A stretch of DNA of 64,000 nt from a virus (IMGVR_UViG_3300043640_000137:1-64000), one strand, 5' to 3'. Positions 1-9,050 are shown, counted from the first letter of the stretch. Translations and numbers: made by a program. The notes: generated by a model not told the origin, from the letters alone.

Positions 1-109
1 CTTGATAGCGCGCGCCCGCGCACGCCCCGATTATCGATGTACGCGCAACCCGGCTCGACTCTCACGCCATTAGCCCGTGGCGGCGACGGGAAAAGACCCG
101 TGTTGTTTT

Positions 110-475
110 TCACTTGCTCGACTCCTTTGCGGGTTGCTTGCGGCGCATGGCGCGGCAGAAGCTCATGACGATATGCACAATGACGGCGGCGCATACTGCA
201 ACGGCCGCAGGCATGGGCAACAGGAAGAAAGCCGCTCCGCCGATCAGTGCGAGCGCGCAACAAGCGAGCGCGGCCGTGGCGACCGCTGCAAGGGTGTTGG
301 CGACAAAGCGCGCGCTCAGCGACGCATGATTGTAGGCTTGGCTTTTCTGGAACGCGCTTAACGCTTTCGCGCGCGTATCCTTGACCGCGTGACCGTGCCG
401 GCCGCGCTTGCGGTGCGAGACAATCGACTCTGTCTCTTGTTCTCGGATCAAAGCTTCGCGCATTCCGTGGCTCAT
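110..475 (-). CDS. Hypothetical membrane protein
   Basis: 121 aa with two hydrophobic segments; TAGACA promoter-like element upstream. Confidence 0.6.
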   Translation of the reverse strand: MSHGMREALIREQETESIVSHRKRGRHGHAVKDTRAKALSAFQKSQAYNHASLSARFVANTLAAVATAALACCALALIGGAAFFLLPMPAAVAVCAAVIVHIVMSFCRAMRRKQPAKESSK

Positions 476-548
476 GAAAAAATCCTAAAGCCTCTTTCCG
501 TCCCTGTCTAGCCTTATTTAGTAGCGCTAGGGACTTTTCCTTAAAATT

Positions 549-770
549 TTAATCAAGTGTCGCGCGTTGCGCCAGCGCTTGCGATATCGTGCCGGCGCAA
601 GCGAGCGAGTCCAGCCAATCGGTAAAGGCGCAACGCGTGTCGGTATCGTACATCGTGCCCTTGCCCGAATAGCTCGGAATCTTTCGCATTGTGACTCCGG
701 CAACGCCGTCATGACCCCGCCAGAACGCCGCGCGCAAAGCGCGTTGATTCGTTATCTGGTAATCAGTCAT
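549..770 (-). CDS. Hypothetical phage protein
   Basis: MTDYQITNQRALRAAFW...; start moved to ATG 770 after AGGAG-like SD. Confidence 0.65.
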   Translation of the reverse strand: MTDYQITNQRALRAAFWRGHDGVAGVTMRKIPSYSGKGTMYDTDTRCAFTDWLDSLACAGTISQALAQRATLD

Positions 771-990
771 CGTGCTTGCTCCTATCGTCGCTCGCATGTT
801 CCGCGCTCGACTCCTTTGCCGACTCGATTCTTATTACCGTTTCGGTAGGGGCAAAGTCGCCCCAATTGCCGCCGTTAGCCTCATATCCAATCTGGATATA
901 GCTACCGTGATTTTCGATCATATCGACTCGGCCGTATGCCTCTAATACGTCGCCGATCTTTACGTCACTGGCGTTAACTTGTTCGCGCAC
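763..990 (-). CDS. Hypothetical protein
   Basis: GTG start after GAGGAGTC SD; tiles with neighbours. Confidence 0.55.
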   Translation of the reverse strand: MREQVNASDVKIGDVLEAYGRVDMIENHGSYIQIGYEANGGNWGDFAPTETVIRIESAKESSAEHASDDRSKHDD

Positions 991-1192
991 TGTCCGACTC
1001 CTCAAAGGTTACGCCGCTATCGTCAAGGATCACTTGTCGCGCAAAGTCCCGTTCTTCGCTCGCGATTGGCGAGTCCGCCGTTGCGAAATATCCGGCTATG
1101 TCGCCCGCATGATGGTTGCGCGTCATGCCGTCGATTGCGTGCGCAAGTGCTTTCGAGCGGCGGACAGCTTGCCCGCGTAGCTTATAGATCAT
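974..1192 (-). CDS. Hypothetical protein
   Basis: Coupled to upstream ORF; GGAGTC SD. Confidence 0.55.
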   Translation of the reverse strand: MIYKLRGQAVRRSKALAHAIDGMTRNHHAGDIAGYFATADSPIASEERDFARQVILDDSGVTFEESDSARTS

Positions 1193-1935
1193 GCTTCCGA
1201 CTCCTCTTGCAGAATGCCGGCGCCGTAGTCGCGCGCAAGTTCTTCGATCCGGGCATACGCCTTGCGCGAGTCTTCGCGAAGCGAGCGAATATCCCGCCGC
1301 AGACTCTTAACTTGCTCGCGCAACGCTTTGCAGATATCGGGCGAGAATTGCCCGGCCGCGCGAATCTCCGCCGCGAGCGTTTTAATCGTCGCGCGAGTTT
1401 CGGCCGCGTCTTTCCGTGCCGTTTCTATCTCGCCGCGCTTTTCGCCTACTTCGAAGCGGGCGGACTCCGTGTCCTGATAGACGCGCTCGCGCTCCGCTTC
1501 ATTCTCGGCGAATCTATAAGCGGCCCTCGCCGCGTCTGTCGCGTCGCTTTCGTCTTTTGCCGGATAGATATCAGTTTCAAGGCATGCCGCCATTCCCGCG
1601 CCCATGGTCCAACCAATGAGGAACCCGCGCCCATGCGGCAAGCGAGCGACAACGGGAATCATCGTTTGGTCTTGGAAGCTGTCACAATAGAATCCCGTTG
1701 TATCGCGCAAGCGAGAATGACGCGGCAATAGATCGCTTGCGAGCGCGAGCCGAAGGTTGACGATAGACCCTGCCCTATCCATGGCGAGTCCCTTGCTTGA
1801 CTGATAGAAGCCAATGCCTTTGCGCTTCGCGGCCGAGCATGGAGTCCAAGTGTACGGGCCGGCATGCTTTCGACTCTCTGCGCGCTCTTTAAGCGAGCGG
1901 CGATAATCGATCATGGTGATTTTATCAAACAACAT
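1189..1935 (-). CDS. Hypothetical protein with C-terminal coiled coil
   Basis: 248 aa; GGAGTC SD; E/R/A-rich helical C-terminus. Confidence 0.7.
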   Translation of the reverse strand: MLFDKITMIDYRRSLKERAESRKHAGPYTWTPCSAAKRKGIGFYQSSKGLAMDRAGSIVNLRLALASDLLPRHSRLRDTTGFYCDSFQDQTMIPVVARLPHGRGFLIGWTMGAGMAACLETDIYPAKDESDATDAARAAYRFAENEAERERVYQDTESARFEVGEKRGEIETARKDAAETRATIKTLAAEIRAAGQFSPDICKALREQVKSLRRDIRSLREDSRKAYARIEELARDYGAGILQEESEA

Positions 1936-2110
1936 TGCCCGACTCCATAGCTTCGCGAATGAGTGTCTTAATCCCTGCCAGCGTATCGGCCGATAGCATA
2001 CCAGCCGTTTCGTGCCGCGCGGAGTAGCGCAAGCGCGAGCCGGGCTCCGTGTTACGAAAGATCGCGACGCCTTTGTAAAGACGCGGCGCCGTCATGCCGT
2101 TATCGCGCAT
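1925..2110 (-). CDS. Hypothetical protein
   Basis: 61 aa, TAATG coupling with upstream gene. Confidence 0.6.
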   Translation of the reverse strand: MRDNGMTAPRLYKGVAIFRNTEPGSRLRYSARHETAGMLSADTLAGIKTLIREAMESGNVV

Positions 2111-2679
2111 TAGACCGACCCCTTTTCGGCCGCTGCAATCGCAACATACGCAATCGCCTTCGCCTTATCATAGAGGCTATCGTGCGCCGTCGCGTTCATG
2201 ACGCTTAGAGCAATTTTCAGAGCGTCAAGTAGTTCCGGCCCATGCTCTTTCACGCGTCCCACCGCTTGCGCGGCGTTAAGCTCCGCGTCGCGCTTGGCTT
2301 GCGCTTCGCGGCATTGCCGCTTGTGCATCACGCGCGAGTACAGGAAGGCGCCGGCCGCGTCGCGCTCGAATGTTGCCGCCGCATCGCGAGCGCGCGCGAT
2401 AAGCTCGGCGTTTACTTTCGCCGCGCTATCAAGCTTGCGAGTCTCAAAGTATTCGCCCGTATGTTTATGCATGGCGTAGCGCACGCCTCGCGCAATCTGC
2501 GGCGGGTTCTTGTAAAGCCACGTTCCCGGCCCGTCTTCCGCCTCGCCCGTGTTCCGGTTCAGCCACATATGATAACGCGCGCCGTTGGCTTCAAAGGAAA
2601 GAGCGACGCGGGCATATTCGAATTGATCGCCCCGCCAATCAAAGCGCGCATTCTGAATAATGATCGTGTTCTTAGCCAT
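2110..2679 (-). CDS. Hypothetical protein
   Basis: 189 aa; AAGGAC SD; C-terminal PELLDAL motif common in phage early proteins. Confidence 0.7.
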   Translation of the reverse strand: MAKNTIIIQNARFDWRGDQFEYARVALSFEANGARYHMWLNRNTGEAEDGPGTWLYKNPPQIARGVRYAMHKHTGEYFETRKLDSAAKVNAELIARARDAAATFERDAAGAFLYSRVMHKRQCREAQAKRDAELNAAQAVGRVKEHGPELLDALKIALSVMNATAHDSLYDKAKAIAYVAIAAAEKGSV

Positions 2680-2848
2680 GGTCGAGTCCTTGGGCTTGTC
2701 AGTAGCTAGTGAGAGTAGAAGCCAATTTAAAAGGGAAGACAGAAACGGAAAGATTTTATCTAAATCTCAGCTTCCCTGGCTTCGCGAATGATTGCTTAAA
2801 GCCCTTGTTTTGGTTCCGTGTTGTAGGTGCGCAAAATTGCGTACCTAC

Positions 2849-3043
2849 TTAAATCGCGTCGCGCCAATCCCGTTTCGCGCCTTGCGCCTCGATGGTAAAG
2901 CCAAGCTTTTCAATCTCGGCGAAGACGCTGACGCGTCGCGTCTTCGATCCGACGATAGCAGCAAAGCCGGCCGCAATCTCGTTTGCGGGGTCAAGCAACA
3001 AGCGGCCGTAGCATTCGCGAATGGTGATCTTACAAGCGCGCAT
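2849..3043 (-). CDS. Hypothetical protein
   Basis: GAGGAGTC SD. Confidence 0.55.
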   Translation of the reverse strand: MRACKITIRECYGRLLLDPANEIAAGFAAIVGSKTRRVSVFAEIEKLGFTIEAQGAKRDWRDAI

Positions 3044-3054
3044 CTTCGACTCCT

Positions 3055-3255
3055 CTAAGCGTCCATATCGTGATTGTGATCCGAAACTAGTGCATCAAGG
3101 TAGGATCGTTCCTGGCGCGATTGGCGCGCGTTCCTAGCAGCTTTGCGAGCATGAGCGATAAGCTGCGCTTCGTGCATGGCTTGCCTCTTAGCGCGCGCTT
3201 CCTTGCGTTCCCGTTGCTCGCGTCCAATGCGCTGATATGCGGTTTCCGTGATCAT
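3055..3255 (-). CDS. Hypothetical basic protein
   Basis: AAGGTGG SD; tiles with neighbours. Confidence 0.5.
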   Translation of the reverse strand: MITETAYQRIGREQRERKEARAKRQAMHEAQLIAHARKAARNARQSRQERSYLDALVSDHNHDMDA

Positions 3256-3267
3256 GCCACCACCTTG

Positions 3268-3495
3268 TTAGACTACGATTCCGAGTAACTGCCCTAACGC
3301 CGCGTCAAAGGCGACCATGCGCGCGCTTGCATTATATACCGCAAAAACCGCGCTTCCGATGGTGGCAACGTCGCCGCGCAAAGTCTCTATCTCTCGCTCA
3401 ATCATCGCGAGCGGCGACGCTTGTTGAGTCTGTATCGCGAATATCTGCGCTGAAAGGTTGGCGTTGCTCGCGAGGATATCAAATATGTTGCTCAT
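3268..3495 (-). CDS. Hypothetical protein
   Basis: ATG 3495 overlaps the stop of the upstream ORF. Confidence 0.5.
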   Translation of the reverse strand: MSNIFDILASNANLSAQIFAIQTQQASPLAMIEREIETLRGDVATIGSAVFAVYNASARMVAFDAALGQLLGIVV

Positions 3496-3713
3496 GCCGC
3501 GACACCGTGCGCGGTCGCCTTGCGATTGGCTTTGATCCATGACGCGCGCAACGCGACGTAAGCTAACTTTGCCGGCTCCGCGTCCATGGGCTGACCGTCA
3601 ATAGGCTTGCCGCGAAACGTCACCACAAATCGACGTGTGCCGCGTACCGGCCGAAGTCCATACGGCGTGCGCGCAAGCTCAATCTCGCGGTCTAGTGGAT
3701 TCGTGTGCATCAT
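3492..3713 (-). CDS. Hypothetical protein
   Basis: 73 aa in the tiled leftward array. Confidence 0.5.
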   Translation of the reverse strand: MMHTNPLDREIELARTPYGLRPVRGTRRFVVTFRGKPIDGQPMDAEPAKLAYVALRASWIKANRKATAHGVAA

Positions 3714-3721
3714 AGCGACTC

Positions 3722-3883
3722 TCAGAAATTCCAGGGTTGCGCGTTATGCTCGGCCGCGAGCTTCCGAGCTTGAACCTTGCCCGTGACCGCGACGCGGAGA
3801 ACTACGGACTCGAGTCGCGTTGTGGTGTCGCGCGATATCACAAGCTCTTTCATGGTGCGCGTTGCAAAGTAATGGGCTTTCAC
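3722..3883 (-). CDS. Hypothetical 53-aa protein (below the ORF-track cutoff)
   Basis: Read manually: MKAHYFATRTMKELVIS...ARKLAAEHNAQPWNF; GGAG SD; fills the gap. Confidence 0.6.
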   Translation of the reverse strand: MKAHYFATRTMKELVISRDTTTRLESVVLRVAVTGKVQARKLAAEHNAQPWNF

Positions 3884-3973
3884 TGTCTCGCTCCGTTTGC
3901 CTGTCTCACTATGCGGCCAGCTACTTAAAGACTCGTTACCAGCTACATTCTTTCGAATCAGTTTTAGACGATC

Positions 3974-4162
3974 CTAGTTTCCGTAAGCTGCGAACATGCG
4001 CGCGCCATCGGGCGAAAGGGTTTCAGCGAGAAGTGGGTGATCCGCGCTCCACTCCGCGAGGATGCGAGCCGCGTGTTTCGGCGAGCGGAGAGTCGAATAG
4101 AAGTGGCTGATCGGCTCGCGTGCTTTTGTAATTTCCCAAAGGATCATTGCTGCGCGCTCCAT
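3974..4162 (-). CDS. Hypothetical protein
   Basis: 62 aa, adjacent to the upstream ORF. Confidence 0.45.
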   Translation of the reverse strand: MERAAMILWEITKAREPISHFYSTLRSPKHAARILAEWSADHPLLAETLSPDGARMFAAYGN

Positions 4163-4354
4163 TTAGATCGCCGCGACAATGCGGCCGTTATATCCCGTGC
4201 CCGTGCGCACGATGCGCGCTAGGACCGTCGCGGCCGTCACGCGATTGTCGAAGCCTTGGACGACATCGGCGCCCGTGCTGGCGCAGGTAAAGCGGACTTC
4301 GAAGGGTGCAACCGGAGCGCGGCGACCGAAGGCGGGAAGGGAGAAGGTTTTCAT
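4163..4354 (-). CDS. Hypothetical protein, first gene of the leftward array
   Basis: AAGGAA SD; TTGACA on the minus strand at about 4468-4473. Confidence 0.55.
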   Translation of the reverse strand: MKTFSLPAFGRRAPVAPFEVRFTCASTGADVVQGFDNRVTAATVLARIVRTGTGYNGRIVAAI

Positions 4355-4738
4355 CGGCTAGTTTCCTTGGCTGTCTCTGAAAAGAAAACTAGCTTGAAAG
4401 CTACCAGGACTCAAGCGTGGAATCATCGAGTCTCAAAGAAACTGACTCAATTGTAGCTTTCCTAGACTGTCAAAGACAGAGAGGGCAAACGCCGCGCCTG
4501 TCTCGCCGAATTTCTATTACTGTCTTTTCCTGACAACAGGGGAAAAGCCTTTAAAAGGTTTCTGAAACCCCTGAAAGGGAAAAGGCAAAGAATACAAGGG
4601 CATAGACAGGCAATAGGCTGATTTCCGGCTGACGGGGGCGGTAAAAAGCCTTTCAGGGGTTTTGAATGGCTGACAAACCCGGAAACGGGGTTTTATGTCT
4701 TTGATTCTGTTAACGAATCCCTTTTCGGGGTTTTGTAT

Positions 4739-4798
4739 ATCCTATAGAAGGATTAAGACCGTTTTTTAGCAAACGGCCTAATCCCTTCTATAGTGGAT
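4739..4798. repeat. 60-bp imperfect inverted repeat
   Basis: ATCCTATAGAAGGATTAAGACCGTTT-loop-AAACGGCCTAATCCCTTCTATAGTGGAT. Confidence 0.8.
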
Positions 4799-5003
4799 CG
4801 TTTAAAAGGGACGATGGCGGATGAAAGTGACGGGGCGAGGGCAGAGAGTGCCTAGCCGGGTTTCTAGGGCTTCTGCGACCCTGCCGGCGCCGATCCTAGG
4901 GGAATAGGGCTTAGGGCGCGATTGCCCGGCTTTCTGTCACTCGGAACTCTGCCGGCTCCGCCAGCTTCCTACCAGCCCCTTACCGATCCTCCGCCAGGGA
5001 GGC

Positions 5004-5298
5004 GCCCAGCACTGAAGCCGTTAACCATGTTGCCCTAGCAGAAAGCGACACGCGCGGCGTGGCCTCTGACGCCCTTGGTTTAAATCTTCACCATGATCGC
5101 CCAGCACTGAAGCCGTTAACCATGTTGCCCTAGCAGAAAACGACAAGCGCGGCGCATGCCCGGCCTTCGATGGTTTCAATCTTCACCATCGTTGCCCAGC
5201 ACCAAAGCCGTTAACCATGTTGGCCTAGGAGAAAACGACAACGCCGCCGCGCACCCGCCGCGCACCCCGCCGCGCATGGTTTAAATCTTAACCATGAT
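5004..5298 (+). repeat. Three tandem ~95-bp repeats
   Basis: GCCCAGCAC..AAGCCGTTAACCATGTTG.CCTAG starts at 5004, 5099, 5194; each unit ends in TGGTTT.AATCTT.ACCAT. Confidence 0.9.
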
Positions 5299-5880
5299 TG
5301 CAGCGCTTTGCTCGCGCGCGCTCGTCATGGCCTTGCCTGCCGGGCTGGCATGCTTTCGATTTTAACCATGACCCGGCACATCGCCGACGCTGGCGTCATG
5401 CCAAGCAATCCTTGCCTTGGAATGCTATGGTTAAGACTCTAATCATTCATGCCTTGCGATGCGACGTGCGAGCGCGCGGTCCGATGGTGAAGATTTTAAC
5501 CATAGCATGACGGGCATGGCTTGCGCTCGCATCGCTTCACCTTGCGCGCGGCAGGCATCGATCGCGTTAACCTTAACATCTTCACCATGCCGTGCTGCGC
5601 TCGCGCGTCGCGCTTCGTTAACCTTAATGCCTTAACCTTAATGCGTCGTTCACCTTAATGCGTTGTTAAGGTTAATGGCCCGTTAACCTTAACAAGTTAA
5701 CCATGTTATCGTTAATACCCCCCGTTAACCCTTTTCAAAAGCAGGGGGCACGTCGAACTCCCCAACGCTAGAGCCGTTTAAGTTTTGGTATGACCCTGGA
5801 CATAGACGGAAATAGACAGCCGAGGAAGGATTGCATGAATTTTCAATGGGGCGGCCGGCATGGTTAAAATCTTCACCATG
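5021..5880. promoter_or_regulatory. Array of CtrA-type binding sites
   Basis: TTAA-N7-TTAA at 5655-5669 and 5672-5687; nine TTAACCAT copies (5021, 5116, 5211, 5288, 5362, 5427 rev, 5496, 5697, 5860 rev). Confidence 0.65.
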
Positions 5881-6226
5881 GAGTTCCTGCTCAGAAATTT
5901 GGTTTGAAAATTTTTTGGATCGCCGCGCCGCGGATCGAGCTTCAAGCCCAGGCACGCACAAGAGCACATTGGCTTCTTCGTGCTACCGATCCAGCGGATA
6001 TGACGCACACGTAAGCCATCGACGACCTCGGTACTGCCGAGACCGTGGTCGGAATCCCGGCCGCGAGCACAGCGTCGGTACTGCCGACACCGCGGCAATC
6101 CGGTCCCCGCCGCCAGACTCGGACGCCGCGTGGCGTCTTGACAGCAGGGGAAAAATTTTCGCGCGACGAACGCGACACGCGAGAGGGTCCATACTAGGCT
6201 GGGCTTTGCGTCAGTAGGAGAGCAGC

Positions 6227-6616
6227 GTGATCCTCGTAATTCGGAGCGTCGTGATGCAAGACGCAGAAGTCCTATGGCTGTGGAGGAACGACGTCGAGAC
6301 ACGGGTGAACTCTCGATCGAGCGAGCCCGTGCCCTGGTCGGATCATGTCGCATGGTTAACGCGGCGTCTCGATCGAGCAGACCCTGCCCTCTTCATCGCC
6401 GAGCATGAAGGGCTCGCAGTCGCGACGTTCCGCGTCGATGATGACGGCGAACTGTCGTACACGGTCGCACCGGAGCATCGCGGGCGCGGCATCGCGTCGG
6501 CACTGCTGGTCCTCGTCGCCGAGCGCTTCGGCTCGCTGCGGGCAGAGATCAAGCACGACAACCTCGCCTCGATCCGCGCGGCCGAGAAGGCCGGACACCA
6601 CGTCGTCCTGATCTAG
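6227..6616 (+). CDS. GNAT N-acetyltransferase (PseH-like)
   Basis: WRND...H.AW N-terminus; acetyl-CoA motif PEHRGRGIA; N.ASIR..EK.G. Confidence 0.8.
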   Translation: MILVIRSVVMQDAEVLWLWRNDVETRVNSRSSEPVPWSDHVAWLTRRLDRADPALFIAEHEGLAVATFRVDDDGELSYTVAPEHRGRGIASALLVLVAERFGSLRAEIKHDNLASIRAAEKAGHHVVLI

Positions 6617-6757
6617 CTAAGCATCAAAAGGGCGATCGGATTGGGCTCGCGACGGGTAAACCCGCTGCGGGAATATAGAACGGCAGCTACATTCTTGTAT
6701 TGACAGAGGCGGCATCGTAGATCAATGTAGCTGTCGAGCTATATTGGATCGCGCCCG

Positions 6758-7153
6758 ATGATCTATCTCTCCTGTGATTGCCGCTTGCGCCTGCTGCCGA
6801 GCTTCCATCGGTACTTCGTGCAGGACACGGAGGGCCGAGAGACCGAGCACCGCATGTGGAATGCGACGTGGCTCACGTTCATGGTCGCGCACACGAGCAA
6901 AGACCTGTCCGAACGGATGATCTCGCTGCTGCGCAAGAGCGCGAAAGAGGTCGTCACCCTCGATAACCTCAAAGGCAAGATCGCCGCGGCTGTTGAGCGG
7001 CGCGTCAATCGACGGATGAGCGACTACGACGCGCAACGACTGTACGACCGCAAAGAAAACTCCGACCTCCGCGCGCAGAACAACAAGCTCTACCAAGAGA
7101 ACTGCGAGATGCGCTCGGCGATCCGCACGTTCAACAAAGTCGTGCAGCTATGA
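6758..7153 (+). CDS. Hypothetical coiled-coil protein
   Basis: 131 aa; GC3-rich codons; TTGACA at 6700 upstream. Confidence 0.65.
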   Translation: MIYLSCDCRLRLLPSFHRYFVQDTEGRETEHRMWNATWLTFMVAHTSKDLSERMISLLRKSAKEVVTLDNLKGKIAAAVERRVNRRMSDYDAQRLYDRKENSDLRAQNNKLYQENCEMRSAIRTFNKVVQL

Positions 7154-7163
7154 GCGAGCGGTC

Positions 7164-7538
7164 ATGACGACGAGCATTGACGGCCCCGAGTGCAAGCACG
7201 GTCACTGCTACTTCGATCCGACGCCGTGCGCGGAGTGCAAGGACGAGCAGCGTCTCAGCCGCGAAGAGAAGGACGCCATGCAGGACGCGGTTGTGCGGCG
7301 CATGACGGACGCCCAGCCGCAGAGCCAGCGCGAAAAGCTGCTCGATCGTCTCTTCGGCAACCCGAACGTGAAGGTCGTCAACTTCAAGATCGACCGCGGC
7401 GAACGCCCGGCCAGCGCAGAAGAGATTTGCCGCCAGATCAACGGCGCGCTCGATCAGGTCGAGAGCGGTGAGATCGTCCCGACCGACGACTTTCCGGAAG
7501 ACGACGAAGCCACCATCGACGTGAGGGAAATCCCATGA
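7164..7538 (+). CDS. Hypothetical protein with N-terminal CxHG...CxxC motif
   Basis: ECKHGHCYFDPTPCAEC; coupled to the next gene. Confidence 0.7.
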   Translation: MTTSIDGPECKHGHCYFDPTPCAECKDEQRLSREEKDAMQDAVVRRMTDAQPQSQREKLLDRLFGNPNVKVVNFKIDRGERPASAEEICRQINGALDQVESGEIVPTDDFPEDDEATIDVREIP

Positions 7539-8137
7539 CCGAGAACAAATGCGTCTACGCGTACACGAACCCGTCGCACCCGCGCATGGGCTACGTCGGC
7601 TTCATCAACGTCAGCACGAACGCCAAGGGTGAGTTCGTCGTCAACGCGCGCACGGAAGGCCCCGGCGACCAGGGCTCCATGGTGCTGTCGCAGAACCACG
7701 CCGAGATGATGGCGCAGGCCATTCTCAAACAGATAGCCGATCAACGAGTGGCATCGCAGGATCAACGAGCGACATCGCAGGATCAGCACACGGCTGCGGT
7801 AGCCGAGGCTGAGCGCGCCGATGATGCCGCGACGGGCATGACGGTCGAGAGCGCCGCCAAGATCATCGCCGGGCACTACGGGGCCGACTACATCGTTACG
7901 ACTCTCGACGTTGACGAGCCCGGCTTACCGGCGATCGTGTCGGCCGCGAAAGGGTTCGTCCGCAACTACTGCGATCAAGAGAGCTTCACCGCGTACCAAT
8001 GCTACCTGAACCCACCGAGGGCGTGCGAAGTGCATGGATGGTGCCCTTGGGATGATCGCTGCAAGCTCGGATGCAGCGCGCGCCGTACACTTCGCACACC
8101 GATCGGGGCGAATGCCGGCGGCGGTCCTGGGTCGTGA
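7535..8137 (+). CDS. Hypothetical protein with Cys-rich C-terminus
   Basis: 200 aa; ATGA overlap. Confidence 0.65.
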   Translation: MTENKCVYAYTNPSHPRMGYVGFINVSTNAKGEFVVNARTEGPGDQGSMVLSQNHAEMMAQAILKQIADQRVASQDQRATSQDQHTAAVAEAERADDAATGMTVESAAKIIAGHYGADYIVTTLDVDEPGLPAIVSAAKGFVRNYCDQESFTAYQCYLNPPRACEVHGWCPWDDRCKLGCSARRTLRTPIGANAGGGPGS

Positions 8138-8379
8138 CGCGCATCATCTTAGCGTGTGACTGGCCTGCCATCGTCGCCGCCGGGCTCTCGGTCTGCCTAG
8201 TCGGATACTTCGCAGCGGCGTCAGTTGGGTTCACACATGCGACGGGGCGTCCCGCGCCGGCAGAGCCCCTGCCCTACTGCATTCAGACAAGCATCGGCGT
8301 CGATGACGACGGTGGCATAGTGGTCTCGCACTACTTCGACATCTGCCGGAACGACGAAGACAAGCGGAGGCCGGCATGA
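8134..8379 (+). CDS. Small membrane protein
   Basis: GTGA overlap; one hydrophobic segment. Confidence 0.55.
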   Translation: MTRIILACDWPAIVAAGLSVCLVGYFAAASVGFTHATGRPAPAEPLPYCIQTSIGVDDDGGIVVSHYFDICRNDEDKRRPA

Positions 8380-8531
8380 GCAAGACTCGAGACGACTTCA
8401 CTATCGTCCTCCTGATCATCGTCGCGCTGGGCGTCGGCGGCGCGGTCTCGGGATGGGCGAAGCGGCTGCCGTCACCGCCGCACCAGGATGACTACCGAGC
8501 GCTCTTCGTGCCGCATGTCGTGCAGCGGTGA
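8376..8531 (+). CDS. Small membrane protein, 51 aa (not in the track)
   Basis: MSKTRDDFTIVLLIIVALGVGG...; GGAGG SD. Confidence 0.55.
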   Translation: MSKTRDDFTIVLLIIVALGVGGAVSGWAKRLPSPPHQDDYRALFVPHVVQR

Positions 8532-8541
8532 AGCTAACGTC

Positions 8542-8778
8542 ATGACCTTTCTCAAAGACATCAAGCAGCGTTGGCAGATCGCGGTGGACGGCAAGCCGGT
8601 CAGCCCGGTCTTCCCTTCATGGGACGAGGCTGCGAAGTGGGTTGTCGGCCGAGGGCTCGGCACGCTCGAACCGTTGGCGGCATTGGGATCGAAGAGCGTC
8701 GTGCTCGTTCACAAGAAGCCGTTCGAGACGTGGATGGACCATGACATCGCAGCGTTCGAGCTTAGCGAGATCGTCTGA
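8542..8778 (+). CDS. Hypothetical protein
   Basis: MTFLKDIKQRWQIAVDG...; start moved downstream of the previous stop. Confidence 0.55.
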   Translation: MTFLKDIKQRWQIAVDGKPVSPVFPSWDEAAKWVVGRGLGTLEPLAALGSKSVVLVHKKPFETWMDHDIAAFELSEIV

Positions 8779-9050
8779 TCGGCGTTCCGCCAAGCTGACG
8801 GCAGAACGTATCGTACTGATATATTTCCTACGTAGTCTCACGCACTTGAGCCGCAGGAAAAAGACTCGTTAACTAGTTAGGCGGATTGACGACTTCTTTT
8901 AGACTAGCTATTGTTTGTTTTGAAAAGAGTCGTCAGTCTTTTTTGGAACGGCCAAATGGTGGGGCGCAGTATGAGAGTCGTCGGGTTCCCGCAGACGTGC
9001 AAGTCTCACCATCAAGGGTACGCTCATGCCGCGCTGACGAGTATCCTGTG

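Noticed and set aside
4739-4798. Protelomerase (telRL) site
   Set aside because: The palindrome is imperfect with a loop, no protelomerase is visible, and the phage has int/attP
5004-5298. CRISPR array
   Set aside because: Units are 95 nt, the intervening parts resemble each other rather than being unique spacers, and there is no cas operon; the Cas4-like gene is the usual replication-module nuclease
6028-6087. TCGGTACTGCCGA repeated at 6028 and 6075
   Set aside because: Only two short copies with no supporting context; function cannot be assigned
5298-6217. ORFs across the repeat/control region
   Set aside because: Translations mirror the DNA repeats (e.g. MVKILT) and lack coding bias or SD
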